DNA of 64,000 bases from a virus. This document shows, in pieces, positions 17,788 to 28,254 of the stretch. A program made the translations under genes and the position numbers. The DNA lies in the UHGV virus genome UHGV-0037395; one strand, 5' to 3'. How positions within the stretch are numbered: the stretch's first letter is position 1; each line of letters starts with the position of its first letter. Below the pieces are notes generated by a model. The model was not told the origin of the DNA, did no database searches, and was given only the letters and a program-made list of their open reading frames with translations.

Positions 17788-19185
17788 ATGTCTTTACAAC
17801 TATTACGTAATACTCGAATCTTCGTGTCTACGGTTAAAACTGGTCATAATAAGACCAACACGCAAGAGATTCTAGTTCAGGATGATATTTCTTGGGGTCA
17901 GGACAGTAACTCAACAGATATTACTGTTAATGAAGCTGGTCCGCGTCCAACTCGTGGTTCTAAACGTTTTAATGACTCTTTAAACGCAGCTGAGTGGAGT
18001 TTCTCTACTTATATCCTGCCATATAAAGATAAAACTACTAGCAAACAAATTGTTCCTGACTATATGTTATGGCACGCACTTTCTAGTGGTAAAGCTATTA
18101 ACTTAGAAGGTAATACAGGGGCACACAATAACGAAGCTAACTTTATGGTTAACTTCAAAGATAACTCCTATCATGAGTTAGCAATGTTACATATTTATAT
18201 TCTGACTGATAAAGCATGGAGTTATATCGATTCCTGTCAGATTAATCAGGCAGAAGTTAACGTTGATATTGAGGATATTGGTCGTGTAACTTGGTCTGGT
18301 AATGGTAATCAGCTTATTCCTCTGGATGCGCAACCATTTGACCCAGATGAATTAGGTATTGATGATGAAACTTATATGACTATCCAGAGTTCTTATATTA
18401 AGAACAAACTTACTATCCTGAAAATTAAGGATATGGATTCTGGTAAAGCATATGATATTCCTATTACTGGTGGTACTTTCACTATTAATAATAACATCAC
18501 GTATCTAACCCCAAATATTATGTCCCGTGTAAATATTCCGATCGGTTCATTTACTGGCGCATTTGAACTAACTGGTTCGTTAACTGCTTATCTGAATGAT
18601 AAATCTCTTGGTTCTATGGAGCTGTATAAAGATCTTATCAAAACTCTGAAGGTAGTTAACCGCTTCGAAATTGCTCTAGTACTTGGTGGCGAATACGATG
18701 AAGAACGTCCTGCGGCTATTTTGGTAGCTAAACAAGCACACGTTAATATTCCTACTATTGAAACTGATGATGTACTTGGTACTTCAGTAGAGTTTAAAGC
18801 TATTCCATCTGATCTGGATGCTGGTGATGAAGGTTACTTAGGCTTCTCTAGTAAATATACCAAAACAACTATTAATAACTTGATTGTTAATGGTGATGGT
18901 GCTACTGATGCTGTAACCGCAATTACTGTTAAATCTGCTGATGATGCTACTACAGTAAACAACTCGGCTACTCTTCAAATGAGTGTTGAAGTTATTCCTT
19001 CTTCCGCAAAGAATAAGGAAGTTACTTGGGCTATCACTGCCGGCGATGCGGCTACAATTGATCCAGAATCTGGCCTATTAACTGCGGACACCACTAAAAT
19101 TGGTGAAGTAACTGTAGAAGCTACTGCTAAGGATGGTTCTGGAGTTAAAGGTACTAAACAGATTACTGTAACAGCAGGTGGCTAA
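17788..19185 (+). CDS. Major tail tube protein pb6-like with a C-terminal Ig-like domain (465 aa)
   Basis: Size matches pb6 (464 aa); Ig-like C-terminus. Confidence 0.8.
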   Translation: MSLQLLRNTRIFVSTVKTGHNKTNTQEILVQDDISWGQDSNSTDITVNEAGPRPTRGSKRFNDSLNAAEWSFSTYILPYKDKTTSKQIVPDYMLWHALSSGKAINLEGNTGAHNNEANFMVNFKDNSYHELAMLHIYILTDKAWSYIDSCQINQAEVNVDIEDIGRVTWSGNGNQLIPLDAQPFDPDELGIDDETYMTIQSSYIKNKLTILKIKDMDSGKAYDIPITGGTFTINNNITYLTPNIMSRVNIPIGSFTGAFELTGSLTAYLNDKSLGSMELYKDLIKTLKVVNRFEIALVLGGEYDEERPAAILVAKQAHVNIPTIETDDVLGTSVEFKAIPSDLDAGDEGYLGFSSKYTKTTINNLIVNGDGATDAVTAITVKSADDATTVNNSATLQMSVEVIPSSAKNKEVTWAITAGDAATIDPESGLLTADTTKIGEVTVEATAKDGSGVKGTKQITVTAGG

Positions 19186-19189
19186 TTAA

Positions 19190-20089
19190 ATGTACTACTC
19201 TCTAATGAGAGAGTCAAAAGTTATAGTTGAGTATGATGGTAGGGCATTTCATTTTGATGCCCTATCAAACTATGATATACAGACTTCCTACGAGGAATTC
19301 AAGACTCTTCGTAGGACTGTTCATCGTAGAACTAACTATGCAGACTCTATTATAAATGCTCAAACCCCTTCTTCTATCTCTCTAGCAGTAAATTTTAGTA
19401 ATACTCTTACTGAAGCTAACTTCTTTGAATGGTTAGGTTTTGATAGAAAAGGTAATACTTTCTTACTCCCACTATATAGTAGTAATATTGAACCTATTAT
19501 GTTCAATATCTATATAGTAAATAAAGATAATAACTGTGTATATTTTGAAAACTGTTATGTATCTACGGTAGATTTTTCTTTAGATAAGAACATACCAATT
19601 CTTAATGTTGGTATTGAATCGGGAAAATTTTCCGAAGTATCTACGTATAGAGAAGCAGCTTCTATTATACAGGGTGAAGTAATGTCTTACAGCCCAGTAA
19701 TAGCTTCTACTAATGGTAGCATCTTACCCGGTCTTATTTCTGCCTCTTTATCTTTCCAACAGCAGTGCTCCTGGAGAGAGGATAAGAGTGTTTTTGATAT
19801 AAATAAAATTTATAATAATAAAAGAGCCTATGTAACTGAAATGAATGCTTCGGCAACCATTTCTCTATATTACTTAAAACGTTTTGCAGGAGATATGGTT
19901 TACAATATCGAACCGGAGACAGATGTACCTTTAACGATAAGAAATAATAATATTTCTATAGATTTTCCTTCAGCACGTATTACAAAACGCCTAGAGTTCT
20001 CAGATGTGTATAGAGTTGAGTGGGATATTATACCTACTGCTTCTTCAGACCCAGTGAGAATAGATTTCTTTGGAGAAATTAAAAAATGA
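19190..20089 (+). CDS. Minor tail protein (p140-like), 299 aa
   Basis: Synteny and size. Confidence 0.45.
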   Translation: MYYSLMRESKVIVEYDGRAFHFDALSNYDIQTSYEEFKTLRRTVHRRTNYADSIINAQTPSSISLAVNFSNTLTEANFFEWLGFDRKGNTFLLPLYSSNIEPIMFNIYIVNKDNNCVYFENCYVSTVDFSLDKNIPILNVGIESGKFSEVSTYREAASIIQGEVMSYSPVIASTNGSILPGLISASLSFQQQCSWREDKSVFDINKIYNNKRAYVTEMNASATISLYYLKRFAGDMVYNIEPETDVPLTIRNNNISIDFPSARITKRLEFSDVYRVEWDIIPTASSDPVRIDFFGEIKK

Positions 20090-20490
20090 TTAATTTAAAA
20101 GATATTACTCTTGATACTCGTACTATCACTCTTTCCTACCCAGGTATGCCGAACTTTAAACTAGAACTTAACTATATGTCTCGTGCTACCTCTAAACGTG
20201 TTATTTCTTCTGCTAAACGCGATGAATGGGTTAATGGTACTTTGGTTCAGGTACAGGATGATGATAAGTTCATTGAAGCCTTTGTTGACGCAGCTATTAA
20301 AGGTTGGACTGGTTTGACTGTAGGTGACGTTGAAAAACTGATGCTGATTGAAACAGATGCTGATCCTGCTACTGAAGTTCCTTTTAGCCGCGATAATGCT
20401 GTAATGCTCATGCAGAACTCTGCTGCGTTTGATTCTTGGATCAACCAGACAGTGTTCCACTTAGACACTTTTCGTAGCCCAAAAGCGTAA
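20086..20490 (+). CDS. Tail assembly chaperone (putative), 134 aa
   Basis: Upstream of the TMP; acidic. Confidence 0.4.
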   Translation: MINLKDITLDTRTITLSYPGMPNFKLELNYMSRATSKRVISSAKRDEWVNGTLVQVQDDDKFIEAFVDAAIKGWTGLTVGDVEKLMLIETDADPATEVPFSRDNAVMLMQNSAAFDSWINQTVFHLDTFRSPKA

Positions 20491-20551
20491 AGAACTCCTA
20501 GATGCTGTTGCTGACTTTGCTGATAAGTGTATTAAAAGCTCAGCATCTAAA

Positions 20552-20920
20552 ATGACTAAACAACAATATTTAATACTTTGCGAGTCAATGGGTATAGAAC
20601 CTGATCCAACGGCTATGCCCGTTGAACTCGAAGATTTTCCACCTATTGTATCTGTTAGTATGAATATTTATAACAGTCTGATTGACTGTTTCATACCGGG
20701 TGACTTTCCTATTTTTATAGGTAAGGATAAGGCTGCATTAGGTGTTTTATTTGATATTTATGGGATTACTGATCCTATAGAAAAAGAATTTGTTCTACAC
20801 ATTATCAATATATTTGATGCTAAAGCTGTAGATGCTGCACGTAAGCGTGCTGAGAAGCATAAACCGCAAAACGGAAGGATTCCTAACGTTAAGCCACATG
20901 CTAGATCTCGTGCACGGTAA
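20552..20920 (+). CDS. Tail assembly chaperone-like protein (122 aa)
   Basis: Position immediately before the TMP. Confidence 0.35.
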   Translation: MTKQQYLILCESMGIEPDPTAMPVELEDFPPIVSVSMNIYNSLIDCFIPGDFPIFIGKDKAALGVLFDIYGITDPIEKEFVLHIINIFDAKAVDAARKRAEKHKPQNGRIPNVKPHARSRAR

Positions 20921-20955
20921 AAGTTTCCTCCAATGGGCGTTCCACGATGAGGCTT

Positions 20956-21003
20956 GGCTCTGGGTGATTTGCCCAGAGCCTTTTTTATTGGGAAAAATAA
21001 AAC
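20956..21003 (+). terminator. Intrinsic terminator (ggctctggg..cccagagcc + T6) followed by TTATTGGGAAAAATAAAAC-ATG
   Basis: Direct reading. Confidence 0.7.
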
Positions 21004-24000
21004 ATGACTGATAAGCTAATACGAGAATTACTAATAGACGTTAAACAGAAGGGGGCAACTCGTACTGCAAAGTCTATTGAAAACGTATCTGATGCGTTGG
21101 AAAATGCTGCTGCTGCTTCCGAACTGACAAATGAGCAGTTAGGTAAAATGCCCAGAACTCTTTATTCCATTGAGAGGGCAGCAGACAGAGCAGCGAAAAG
21201 TCTTACTAAAATGCAAGCTAGTAGGGGTATGGCTGGTATCACTAAATCCATTGATGGTATTGGTGATAAGCTAGATTACCTGGCTATCCAACTTATTGAA
21301 GTAACAGATAAACTAGAAATTGGGTTTGATGGAGTTTCTAGATCTGTTAAAGCAATGGGTAATGATGTTGCAGCTGCAACAGAGAAAGTTCAAGATAGAT
21401 TGTATGATACTAATAGAGCATTAGGTGGCACAGCTAGGGGTTTTAATGACGCTGCTGGTGCCGCTGGTAGAGCTTCTAGAGCTATTGGTAATACTTCTGG
21501 TTCAGCACGTGGTGCAACTCGTGATTTTGCGGCAATGGCTAAGATCGGTGGTAGTCTACCTATTATGTACGCAGCTCTTGCTTCCAACATCTTCGTTTTG
21601 CAATCAGCATTTGAACAACTTAAACTAGGTGATCAGCTAAATCGTCTAGAAAAATTTGGTGTTATAGTAGGTACTCAGACAGGTACTCCTGTTCAGACCC
21701 TTGCTAGATCACTACAAGAAGCTGCTGGATATGCTATTTCTTTTGAGGAAGCAATGAGACAGGCATCTTCAGCATCTGCTTATGGATTTGATGCTGAACA
21801 ACTTAATAAATTTGGTTTAGTAGCTCGTCGTGCTGCTGCTGTTCTTGGCGTTGATATGACTGATGCACTTAACCGTGTAATTAAGGGCGTATCTAAACAA
21901 GAAATCGAACTTCTGGATGAACTTGGTGTCACCATCCGTCTTAATGACGCATACGCTGATTATGTTAAACAGTTAAATGCTGCAAACACAGGTATAACAT
22001 ATAATGTTAATAGTCTTACCACTTTCCAGAAGCAACAAGCATACGCTAATGCGGTAATTGCTGAATCTACTAAGCGTTTTGGCTACCTAGATGAAGTGCT
22101 ACGTGCAACTCCATGGGAGCAATTTGCTGCTAATGCAGATGCTGCACTAAGAAAAATACAACAAGCTGCTGCTAAGTATTTAGGGCCAGTAATTGATGCT
22201 ATCAACACAGTATTTTATACATCTCAGGCTTCTATATCTGCTGAGGCAGCTAGGGCTCAAGAAAAAACTAATAGACAGATAGACCCTACCAACGTTGGTG
22301 CTGTTGCTTTAAGTTTAGCTGCTTCTGAAGAAGGCTATAATAAAGCTCTAGATATGTATAAGGAATCTCTTGATAAGCGTAATAAGCTAAAATCTGAGTT
22401 CGATAAACGAATGGAACAAGCAGATTTCTATACAAAACTAGCTATACGTCAAGTTGGTGAAGGTATTCCTGTTGGTCTTGCAGCAGCAGGTGCCTCGGAG
22501 GCCAATAAGCAATTTGTAGCAGAAACTGCAGCTATGGGTCTACAAGTAACTAGACTTGGTAAGGAAGTAGAGGATTCTACAGAGAACCTCAATGCTTGGA
22601 AATCAGCGTATCAAGCTGCTGGGGCCGCTGCTGCAAAGGCTAGTCCAGAGTTTCAGAAGCAAATTAATCTACAGAGAGATACTACTGATCCTGGTGCTGT
22701 ATATGATTTTAACTCTACTGTATTAAAAGGACTAACTGAACAACAAAAAGCATATAATCAGACTAAGAAAACTGCTAGTGACTTAGCTAATGATATACAG
22801 AACGTTGCTCAGAATACAGATACCGCTGCTAAAACTAGTGCTACTTTAGCAGATGCTATAAAAAACATAGAATCTCTATCTCTAGGTACTGGTAAGAGTG
22901 CTGATGAATACGTTAAAAATCTTAACCTAGGCTATAATACTCTGTCTGAAATGAAAACTGCGTCTCAGGCCTTATCTGAGTACGTTAAACTAACTGGTAA
23001 TGAGACTAAGAACCAGTTAGCAGTTCAACAGAAGATAGCTGATGTATATAACCAAACTAAGGATAAAGAAAAAGCACAGGAAGCTGGTAGGCGTTTAGAA
23101 CTCCAACAGTTAGAAGAGCAAGAAGCTGCCCTACGCCGTGTACTTCAAACTAATCAGGGAAACAAAGCTGTTGAGAAAGAAATTGAAAAAATTCAGCTGG
23201 AGAAACTTAAACTTACTAATCAGGGAATGGAAGCTCAGAAGAAGGTTAAGGATTATACTGATAAAATCCTGGGTGTAGATCGTGAGATAGCTCTCTTAAA
23301 TAACCGTACTATGACAGATACTCAGTATCGTTTAGCACAGTTAAATCTTGAATTGACCATTGAAAAAGAGAAGTACGAATGGTATACAAAACAAGCTGAT
23401 AAACAGAAAGAGGCGGAACAGTCTAGACGTGCTCAAGCCCAAATTGAACGTGAAATCTGGAAATTCCGCCAAGATCAGATTGCTTCAATGGCTGCTGGTA
23501 GAGAGGAAGAACAGCAAAGACAATTTACTGCTAAACCATTAATGGGAAATGCGGAGCGCTTACAGGAACAGCTAAAATTATATGAAGACTTAAAGCAGAA
23601 AACATTAGGTAATGCTGCGGCACAAGCGGAATATAATAAAAAGATAGCTGAAACTAGGGCACAACTAGCAGGTTTAAGGGCACAGAGAAATGCGGAGATG
23701 CAAGCTTCTGTTGGATCTTCTTTAGGTGCTGTGTACACTCCTACAACTGGACTATCTGGAGAAGATAAAGATTTTGCTGATATGGGAAATAGAATGGCTT
23801 CTTATGATCAGGCAATTTCTAAACTATCTGAGTTAAATTCCGAAGCAACTGCTGTAGCTCAAAGCATGGGTAATTTAACCAATGCTATGATTCAGTTCTC
23901 TATGGGGTCTTTAGACACTACTTCCACGATCGCAGCAGGTATGCAGACTGTGGCCTCTATGATTCAATATAGTACTAGTCAACAGGTTAGTGCAATTGAT

Positions 24001-24684
24001 CAGGCTATTGCAGCAGAGCAGAAACGTGATGGTAAATCAGAAGCATCTAAAGCTAAGTTGAAGAAACTAGAAGCTGAAAAGTTGAAGATTCAACAAGACG
24101 CAGCTAAGAAGCAGATCATCATCCAAACTGCAGTAGCTGTAATGCAAGCGGCGACAGCTGTACCGTACCCGTTCTCTATTCCTTTGATGGTGGCGGCAGG
24201 TTTGGCAGGTGCCTTAGCTCTTGCTCAAGCATCTTCTGCATCTGGTATGTCAAGTATTGCAGATTCTGGAGCGGATACAACTAGTTACCTAACCTTAGGA
24301 GAGCGTCAAAAGAATATAGATGTGTCTATGTCTGCTAATGCTGGTGAATTATCTTATATCCGGGGCGATAAAGGCATAGGCGGTGCTAACTCTTTCGTTC
24401 CTCGTGCTGAGGGTGGTAACATGTACCCAGGGGTTAGCTATCAAATGGGTGAGCATGGTACAGAAGTAGTTACACCTATGGTTCCTATGAAAGCTACACC
24501 TAATGATGAGCTAAAAACCTCATCTAACTCAACTTCAGGAAGACCTATCATCTTGAATATTAGTGCTATGGATGCTGCAAGTTTTAGAGAGTTTGCTTCT
24601 AGTAATAGTAGTGCTCTAAGAGACGCAGTAGAATTAGCTCTGAATGAGAACGGTGCTAGTCTGAAAACATTAGGAAATTCTTAA
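21004..24684 (+). CDS. Tape measure protein pb2-like (1226 aa)
   Basis: Length, coiled-coil and Ala/Gln-rich composition, TM segments near the C-terminus. Confidence 0.85.
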   Translation: MTDKLIRELLIDVKQKGATRTAKSIENVSDALENAAAASELTNEQLGKMPRTLYSIERAADRAAKSLTKMQASRGMAGITKSIDGIGDKLDYLAIQLIEVTDKLEIGFDGVSRSVKAMGNDVAAATEKVQDRLYDTNRALGGTARGFNDAAGAAGRASRAIGNTSGSARGATRDFAAMAKIGGSLPIMYAALASNIFVLQSAFEQLKLGDQLNRLEKFGVIVGTQTGTPVQTLARSLQEAAGYAISFEEAMRQASSASAYGFDAEQLNKFGLVARRAAAVLGVDMTDALNRVIKGVSKQEIELLDELGVTIRLNDAYADYVKQLNAANTGITYNVNSLTTFQKQQAYANAVIAESTKRFGYLDEVLRATPWEQFAANADAALRKIQQAAAKYLGPVIDAINTVFYTSQASISAEAARAQEKTNRQIDPTNVGAVALSLAASEEGYNKALDMYKESLDKRNKLKSEFDKRMEQADFYTKLAIRQVGEGIPVGLAAAGASEANKQFVAETAAMGLQVTRLGKEVEDSTENLNAWKSAYQAAGAAAAKASPEFQKQINLQRDTTDPGAVYDFNSTVLKGLTEQQKAYNQTKKTASDLANDIQNVAQNTDTAAKTSATLADAIKNIESLSLGTGKSADEYVKNLNLGYNTLSEMKTASQALSEYVKLTGNETKNQLAVQQKIADVYNQTKDKEKAQEAGRRLELQQLEEQEAALRRVLQTNQGNKAVEKEIEKIQLEKLKLTNQGMEAQKKVKDYTDKILGVDREIALLNNRTMTDTQYRLAQLNLELTIEKEKYEWYTKQADKQKEAEQSRRAQAQIEREIWKFRQDQIASMAAGREEEQQRQFTAKPLMGNAERLQEQLKLYEDLKQKTLGNAAAQAEYNKKIAETRAQLAGLRAQRNAEMQASVGSSLGAVYTPTTGLSGEDKDFADMGNRMASYDQAISKLSELNSEATAVAQSMGNLTNAMIQFSMGSLDTTSTIAAGMQTVASMIQYSTSQQVSAIDQAIAAEQKRDGKSEASKAKLKKLEAEKLKIQQDAAKKQIIIQTAVAVMQAATAVPYPFSIPLMVAAGLAGALALAQASSASGMSSIADSGADTTSYLTLGERQKNIDVSMSANAGELSYIRGDKGIGGANSFVPRAEGGNMYPGVSYQMGEHGTEVVTPMVPMKATPNDELKTSSNSTSGRPIILNISAMDAASFREFASSNSSALRDAVELALNENGASLKTLGNS

Positions 24685-24691
24685 AACTGGA

Positions 24692-24740
24692 GGAGGACTT
24701 TGAGTCCTCCTTTTCTTTATGGAAAAATAAAAATTTCTTG
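24692..24740 (+). terminator. Intrinsic terminator (ggaggact..agtcctcc + T-run) followed by TTTATGGAAAAATAAAAA
   Basis: Direct reading. Confidence 0.65.
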
Positions 24741-24793
24741 ATAAAATTTTCTAATACTATTATAATATTGTTATTAAAGAGGAGAAATTAACT

Positions 24794-25408
24794 ATGAGAT
24801 TACCAGACCCATACACGAATCCAGAACTTTCAGGCTTAGGATTCGAAAGTGTTAACCTGATTGACAATGACCCAGTAATTCGTGATGAGTTACCAAATGG
24901 TAAAGTTAACGAAGTTAAGGTATCTGCTCAATACTGGGGTATAAATATTTCTTATCCAGAATTATTTCCAGATGAATATAGTGTTCTAGATGCTTTTATT
25001 CTAGAATACAAAAGGACTGGTGGTTATATAGATGTTATATTACCCCAATACGAAGCTTTTAGAGTTAGAGGTAATACTAGTCTAGTAAGTATACCTGCTG
25101 GACAGAAGGGTTCTAATATAACTATGGATACAAAAGGGCTTCTTACAGGTACTCCAAAACCAGGGGATCTATTTAAGCTATCTAACCACCCAAAAGTATA
25201 TAAAATAACATCATTTAATAAATCAGGTAATACATGGTCCATAAACTTATACCCTGATTTATTTATAACTACTACTGGAGCGGAGAAGCCAGTATTTAAT
25301 GGAATACTATTTAGAACAAAACTCATGAATGGTGATGCTTTTGGATCTACACTAAATAATAACGGAACATACTCCAACATCTCATTAAATTTACGGGAAA
25401 GTCTATGA
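24794..25408 (+). CDS. Distal tail protein pb9-like (Dit), 204 aa
   Basis: Same length as T5 pb9. The RBS attaaagaggagaaattaactATGAGA is identical to the widely used 'RBSII' sequence. Confidence 0.7.
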   Translation: MRLPDPYTNPELSGLGFESVNLIDNDPVIRDELPNGKVNEVKVSAQYWGINISYPELFPDEYSVLDAFILEYKRTGGYIDVILPQYEAFRVRGNTSLVSIPAGQKGSNITMDTKGLLTGTPKPGDLFKLSNHPKVYKITSFNKSGNTWSINLYPDLFITTTGAEKPVFNGILFRTKLMNGDAFGSTLNNNGTYSNISLNLRESL

Positions 25409-28254
25409 AAAAAATATTAGATAGTGCTAGAAACTACTTAAAAAATAATAGCAGAATAAAAACTGCTAGTCTAATTTCTCTAGAATTACCCGGCTCTACT
25501 GGTACTAGTACTGCTTTTATTTACTTAACTGACTATTTTAGAGATGTACTATATAATGGTATTTTGTACCAGGCCGGTAAAGTTAAGTCTATTAGCACAC
25601 ATAAACAAAACAGAGATTTATCTATTGGCAGTCTATCTTTTACTATTACAGGTACAGCGCAGGATGAAGTACTGAAACTAGTGCAGAATGGGGTGTCCTT
25701 TTTAGATAGACTAGTATCAATCCACCAAGCAATTATTACAGAGGATGGTTCTATTTTACCTGTAGACCCAGACACAAATGGCCCTTTATTATACTTTAGA
25801 GGGAGAATTACTGGTGGAGGTATTAAGGACAACATTAGTACTTCTGGGGTTGGAACCTCTACAATTACTTGGAATTGTTCTAACCAATTCTATGATTTTG
25901 ATAGGGTTAACGGTAGATTTACTGATGATGCTTCTCATAGAGGGCTTGAGGTTGTAGCAGGACAATTAGTTCCATCTAATGGGGCTAAAAGACTTGAGTA
26001 CCAAGAAGACTACGGTTTCTTTCACGCCAATAAAAGTATCTCTATTCTAGCAAAGTATCAGGTACAGGAAGAAAGATACAAGCTAAAGTCTAAGAAAAAG
26101 CTATTTGGACTATCTAGAAGTTATAGTCTTAAAAAGTATTATGAGACTGTTACTAAAGAAGTAGATATAGATTTTAACCTTGCTGCTAAGTATATACCAG
26201 TAGTTTATGGTGTACAGAAAATACCTGGAATACCTGTTTTTGCGGATACAGAACTACACAATCCTAATATAGTTTACGTAGTATATGCTTTTGCTGAGGG
26301 AGAGATAGACGGTTTTCTTGATTTTTCCTTTGGTGATAATCCTATGATTTGTATGGACTCTAATGATAGCTCTGCTAGAACCTGTTTCGGTGTTAAAAAA
26401 GTAGCCGGAGATACCATGCAGAGAATAGCATCAGGAACATCTTCTAGTAGTCCTTCTGTGCACGGTCAGGAATATAAATATAATGATGGTAATGGTGATA
26501 TAAGGATTTGGACTTATCATGGAAAAGCTGATCAAACGGCTTCTGAAGTATTAGTAAATATAGCGAAGGAACGTGGGTTCTATCTCCAAAATATGAACGG
26601 TAATGGGCCTGAGTACTGGGATGCTAGATATAAACTATTAGATACTGCATACGCGGTAGTACGCTTTACTATTAATGAAAATAGAACTGAGATCCCAGAA
26701 GTTAGTGCTGAGATTCAGGGTAAGAAGATAAAAATCTATCATTCTGATGGTAGAGTAACTGCTAATAGCACTAGTTTAAATGGTATCTGGCAAACACTTG
26801 ACTACTTAACTTCAGATAGGTATGGTGCAAATATTACTATTGATCAGTTCCCTCTCCAACAATTGGTACAAGAAGCTGCTATCTTAGATATTATAGATGA
26901 ATCTTACCAAGTATCCTGGCAGCCATACTGGAGATATGTTGGGTGGACTGATCCATTAGCAGAAAATAGACAAATAGTACAAATGAATACTATTCTAGAT
27001 ACATCTGAATCAGTATTTAAAAACGTGCAAGGTTTGCTAGAGTCCTACGGTGGGGCTATTAACAACTTATCTGGTCAATATAGGATTACTGTAGAAAAAT
27101 ATTCTAATACTCCATTAGAGATTAATTTTCTGGATACTTATGGTGATTTAGAGCTATCAGATACTACTGGTAGAAATAAATTCAACTCAGTTCAAGCATC
27201 CATAGTAGACCCAGCTCTTAGCTGGAAAACTAACTCTATTACCTTTTATAACTCTAAATATAAAGAGCAAGATAAAAATTTAGATAAAAAATTACAATTA
27301 TCTTTTGCAAATATAACTAATTACTATACTGCTAGAAGTTTTGCAGACAGAGAACTTAAGAAATCTAGGTATTCTAGAACCCTCTCATTCTCTTTACCAT
27401 ATCAATTCATTGGTATTGAGCCTAACGATGCTATTGCATTTACATACGACCGTTACGGATGGGATAAGAAGTACTTTTTAGTAGATGAAGTAGAAAACTC
27501 TAGAGAAGGAAAGATAAATGTTACTCTACAGGAATATGGGGAAGATGTATTTATCAACTCTGATCAAGTAGATAATAGTGGTAATGATATACCAGATATT
27601 AGTAACAACGTTCTTCCTCCTAGAGATTTTAAATATACTCCTACACCCGGTGGTTTAGTTGGTTCTATAGGAAAAAATGGTGAGTTATCTTGGCTTCCAA
27701 GCTTAACTAATAACGTAGTTTATTACTCTATCGTGCATTCCGGTCATGCTGAACCTTATATTGTGCAGCAACTAGAAACAAATCCCAATGAACGCATGAT
27801 CCAAGAGATAATTGGAGAGCCTGCAGGTTTAGCAATATTTGAAATAAGGGCTGTGGATATAAATGGTAGAAGAAGTTCTCCAGTAACATTATCTATAGAA
27901 CTTAACTCTGCTAAAAACCTAAGCGTAGTATCTAACTTTAGGGTAACTAATACGGCTTCTGGGGATGTAACTGAATTTGTAGGCCCAGATGTAAAACTAG
28001 CTTGGGATAGGATACCGGAAGAAGATATAATAGAAAGTATATTCTATACTCTGGAAATCTATGATTCCCAGAATAGAATGCTAAGAAGTGTACGTATTGA
28101 AAATCAGTATACTTATGACTATTTATTAATATATAATAAGGCAGATTTTGCTCTTCATAACAGTGATGCTCTAGGAATCAATAGAAAACTATATTTTCGT
28201 ATTAGAGCAGAAGGAGATGATGGAGAACAGTCTGTGGAGTGGGCATCCATTTAA
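25405..28254 (+). CDS. Baseplate hub protein pb3-like (949 aa)
   Basis: Same length as T5 pb3 and correct position. Confidence 0.75.
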   Translation: MKKILDSARNYLKNNSRIKTASLISLELPGSTGTSTAFIYLTDYFRDVLYNGILYQAGKVKSISTHKQNRDLSIGSLSFTITGTAQDEVLKLVQNGVSFLDRLVSIHQAIITEDGSILPVDPDTNGPLLYFRGRITGGGIKDNISTSGVGTSTITWNCSNQFYDFDRVNGRFTDDASHRGLEVVAGQLVPSNGAKRLEYQEDYGFFHANKSISILAKYQVQEERYKLKSKKKLFGLSRSYSLKKYYETVTKEVDIDFNLAAKYIPVVYGVQKIPGIPVFADTELHNPNIVYVVYAFAEGEIDGFLDFSFGDNPMICMDSNDSSARTCFGVKKVAGDTMQRIASGTSSSSPSVHGQEYKYNDGNGDIRIWTYHGKADQTASEVLVNIAKERGFYLQNMNGNGPEYWDARYKLLDTAYAVVRFTINENRTEIPEVSAEIQGKKIKIYHSDGRVTANSTSLNGIWQTLDYLTSDRYGANITIDQFPLQQLVQEAAILDIIDESYQVSWQPYWRYVGWTDPLAENRQIVQMNTILDTSESVFKNVQGLLESYGGAINNLSGQYRITVEKYSNTPLEINFLDTYGDLELSDTTGRNKFNSVQASIVDPALSWKTNSITFYNSKYKEQDKNLDKKLQLSFANITNYYTARSFADRELKKSRYSRTLSFSLPYQFIGIEPNDAIAFTYDRYGWDKKYFLVDEVENSREGKINVTLQEYGEDVFINSDQVDNSGNDIPDISNNVLPPRDFKYTPTPGGLVGSIGKNGELSWLPSLTNNVVYYSIVHSGHAEPYIVQQLETNPNERMIQEIIGEPAGLAIFEIRAVDINGRRSSPVTLSIELNSAKNLSVVSNFRVTNTASGDVTEFVGPDVKLAWDRIPEEDIIESIFYTLEIYDSQNRMLRSVRIENQYTYDYLLIYNKADFALHNSDALGINRKLYFRIRAEGDDGEQSVEWASI

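Noticed and set aside
21390-23738. Short antisense or alternative-frame ORFs inside the tape measure gene (21390..21590 -, 21425..21628 +, 23360..23542 +, 23475..23738 -).
   Set aside because: They are embedded in a long, coherent TMP reading frame. Ala-rich codons create chance open frames, and none has a start context.
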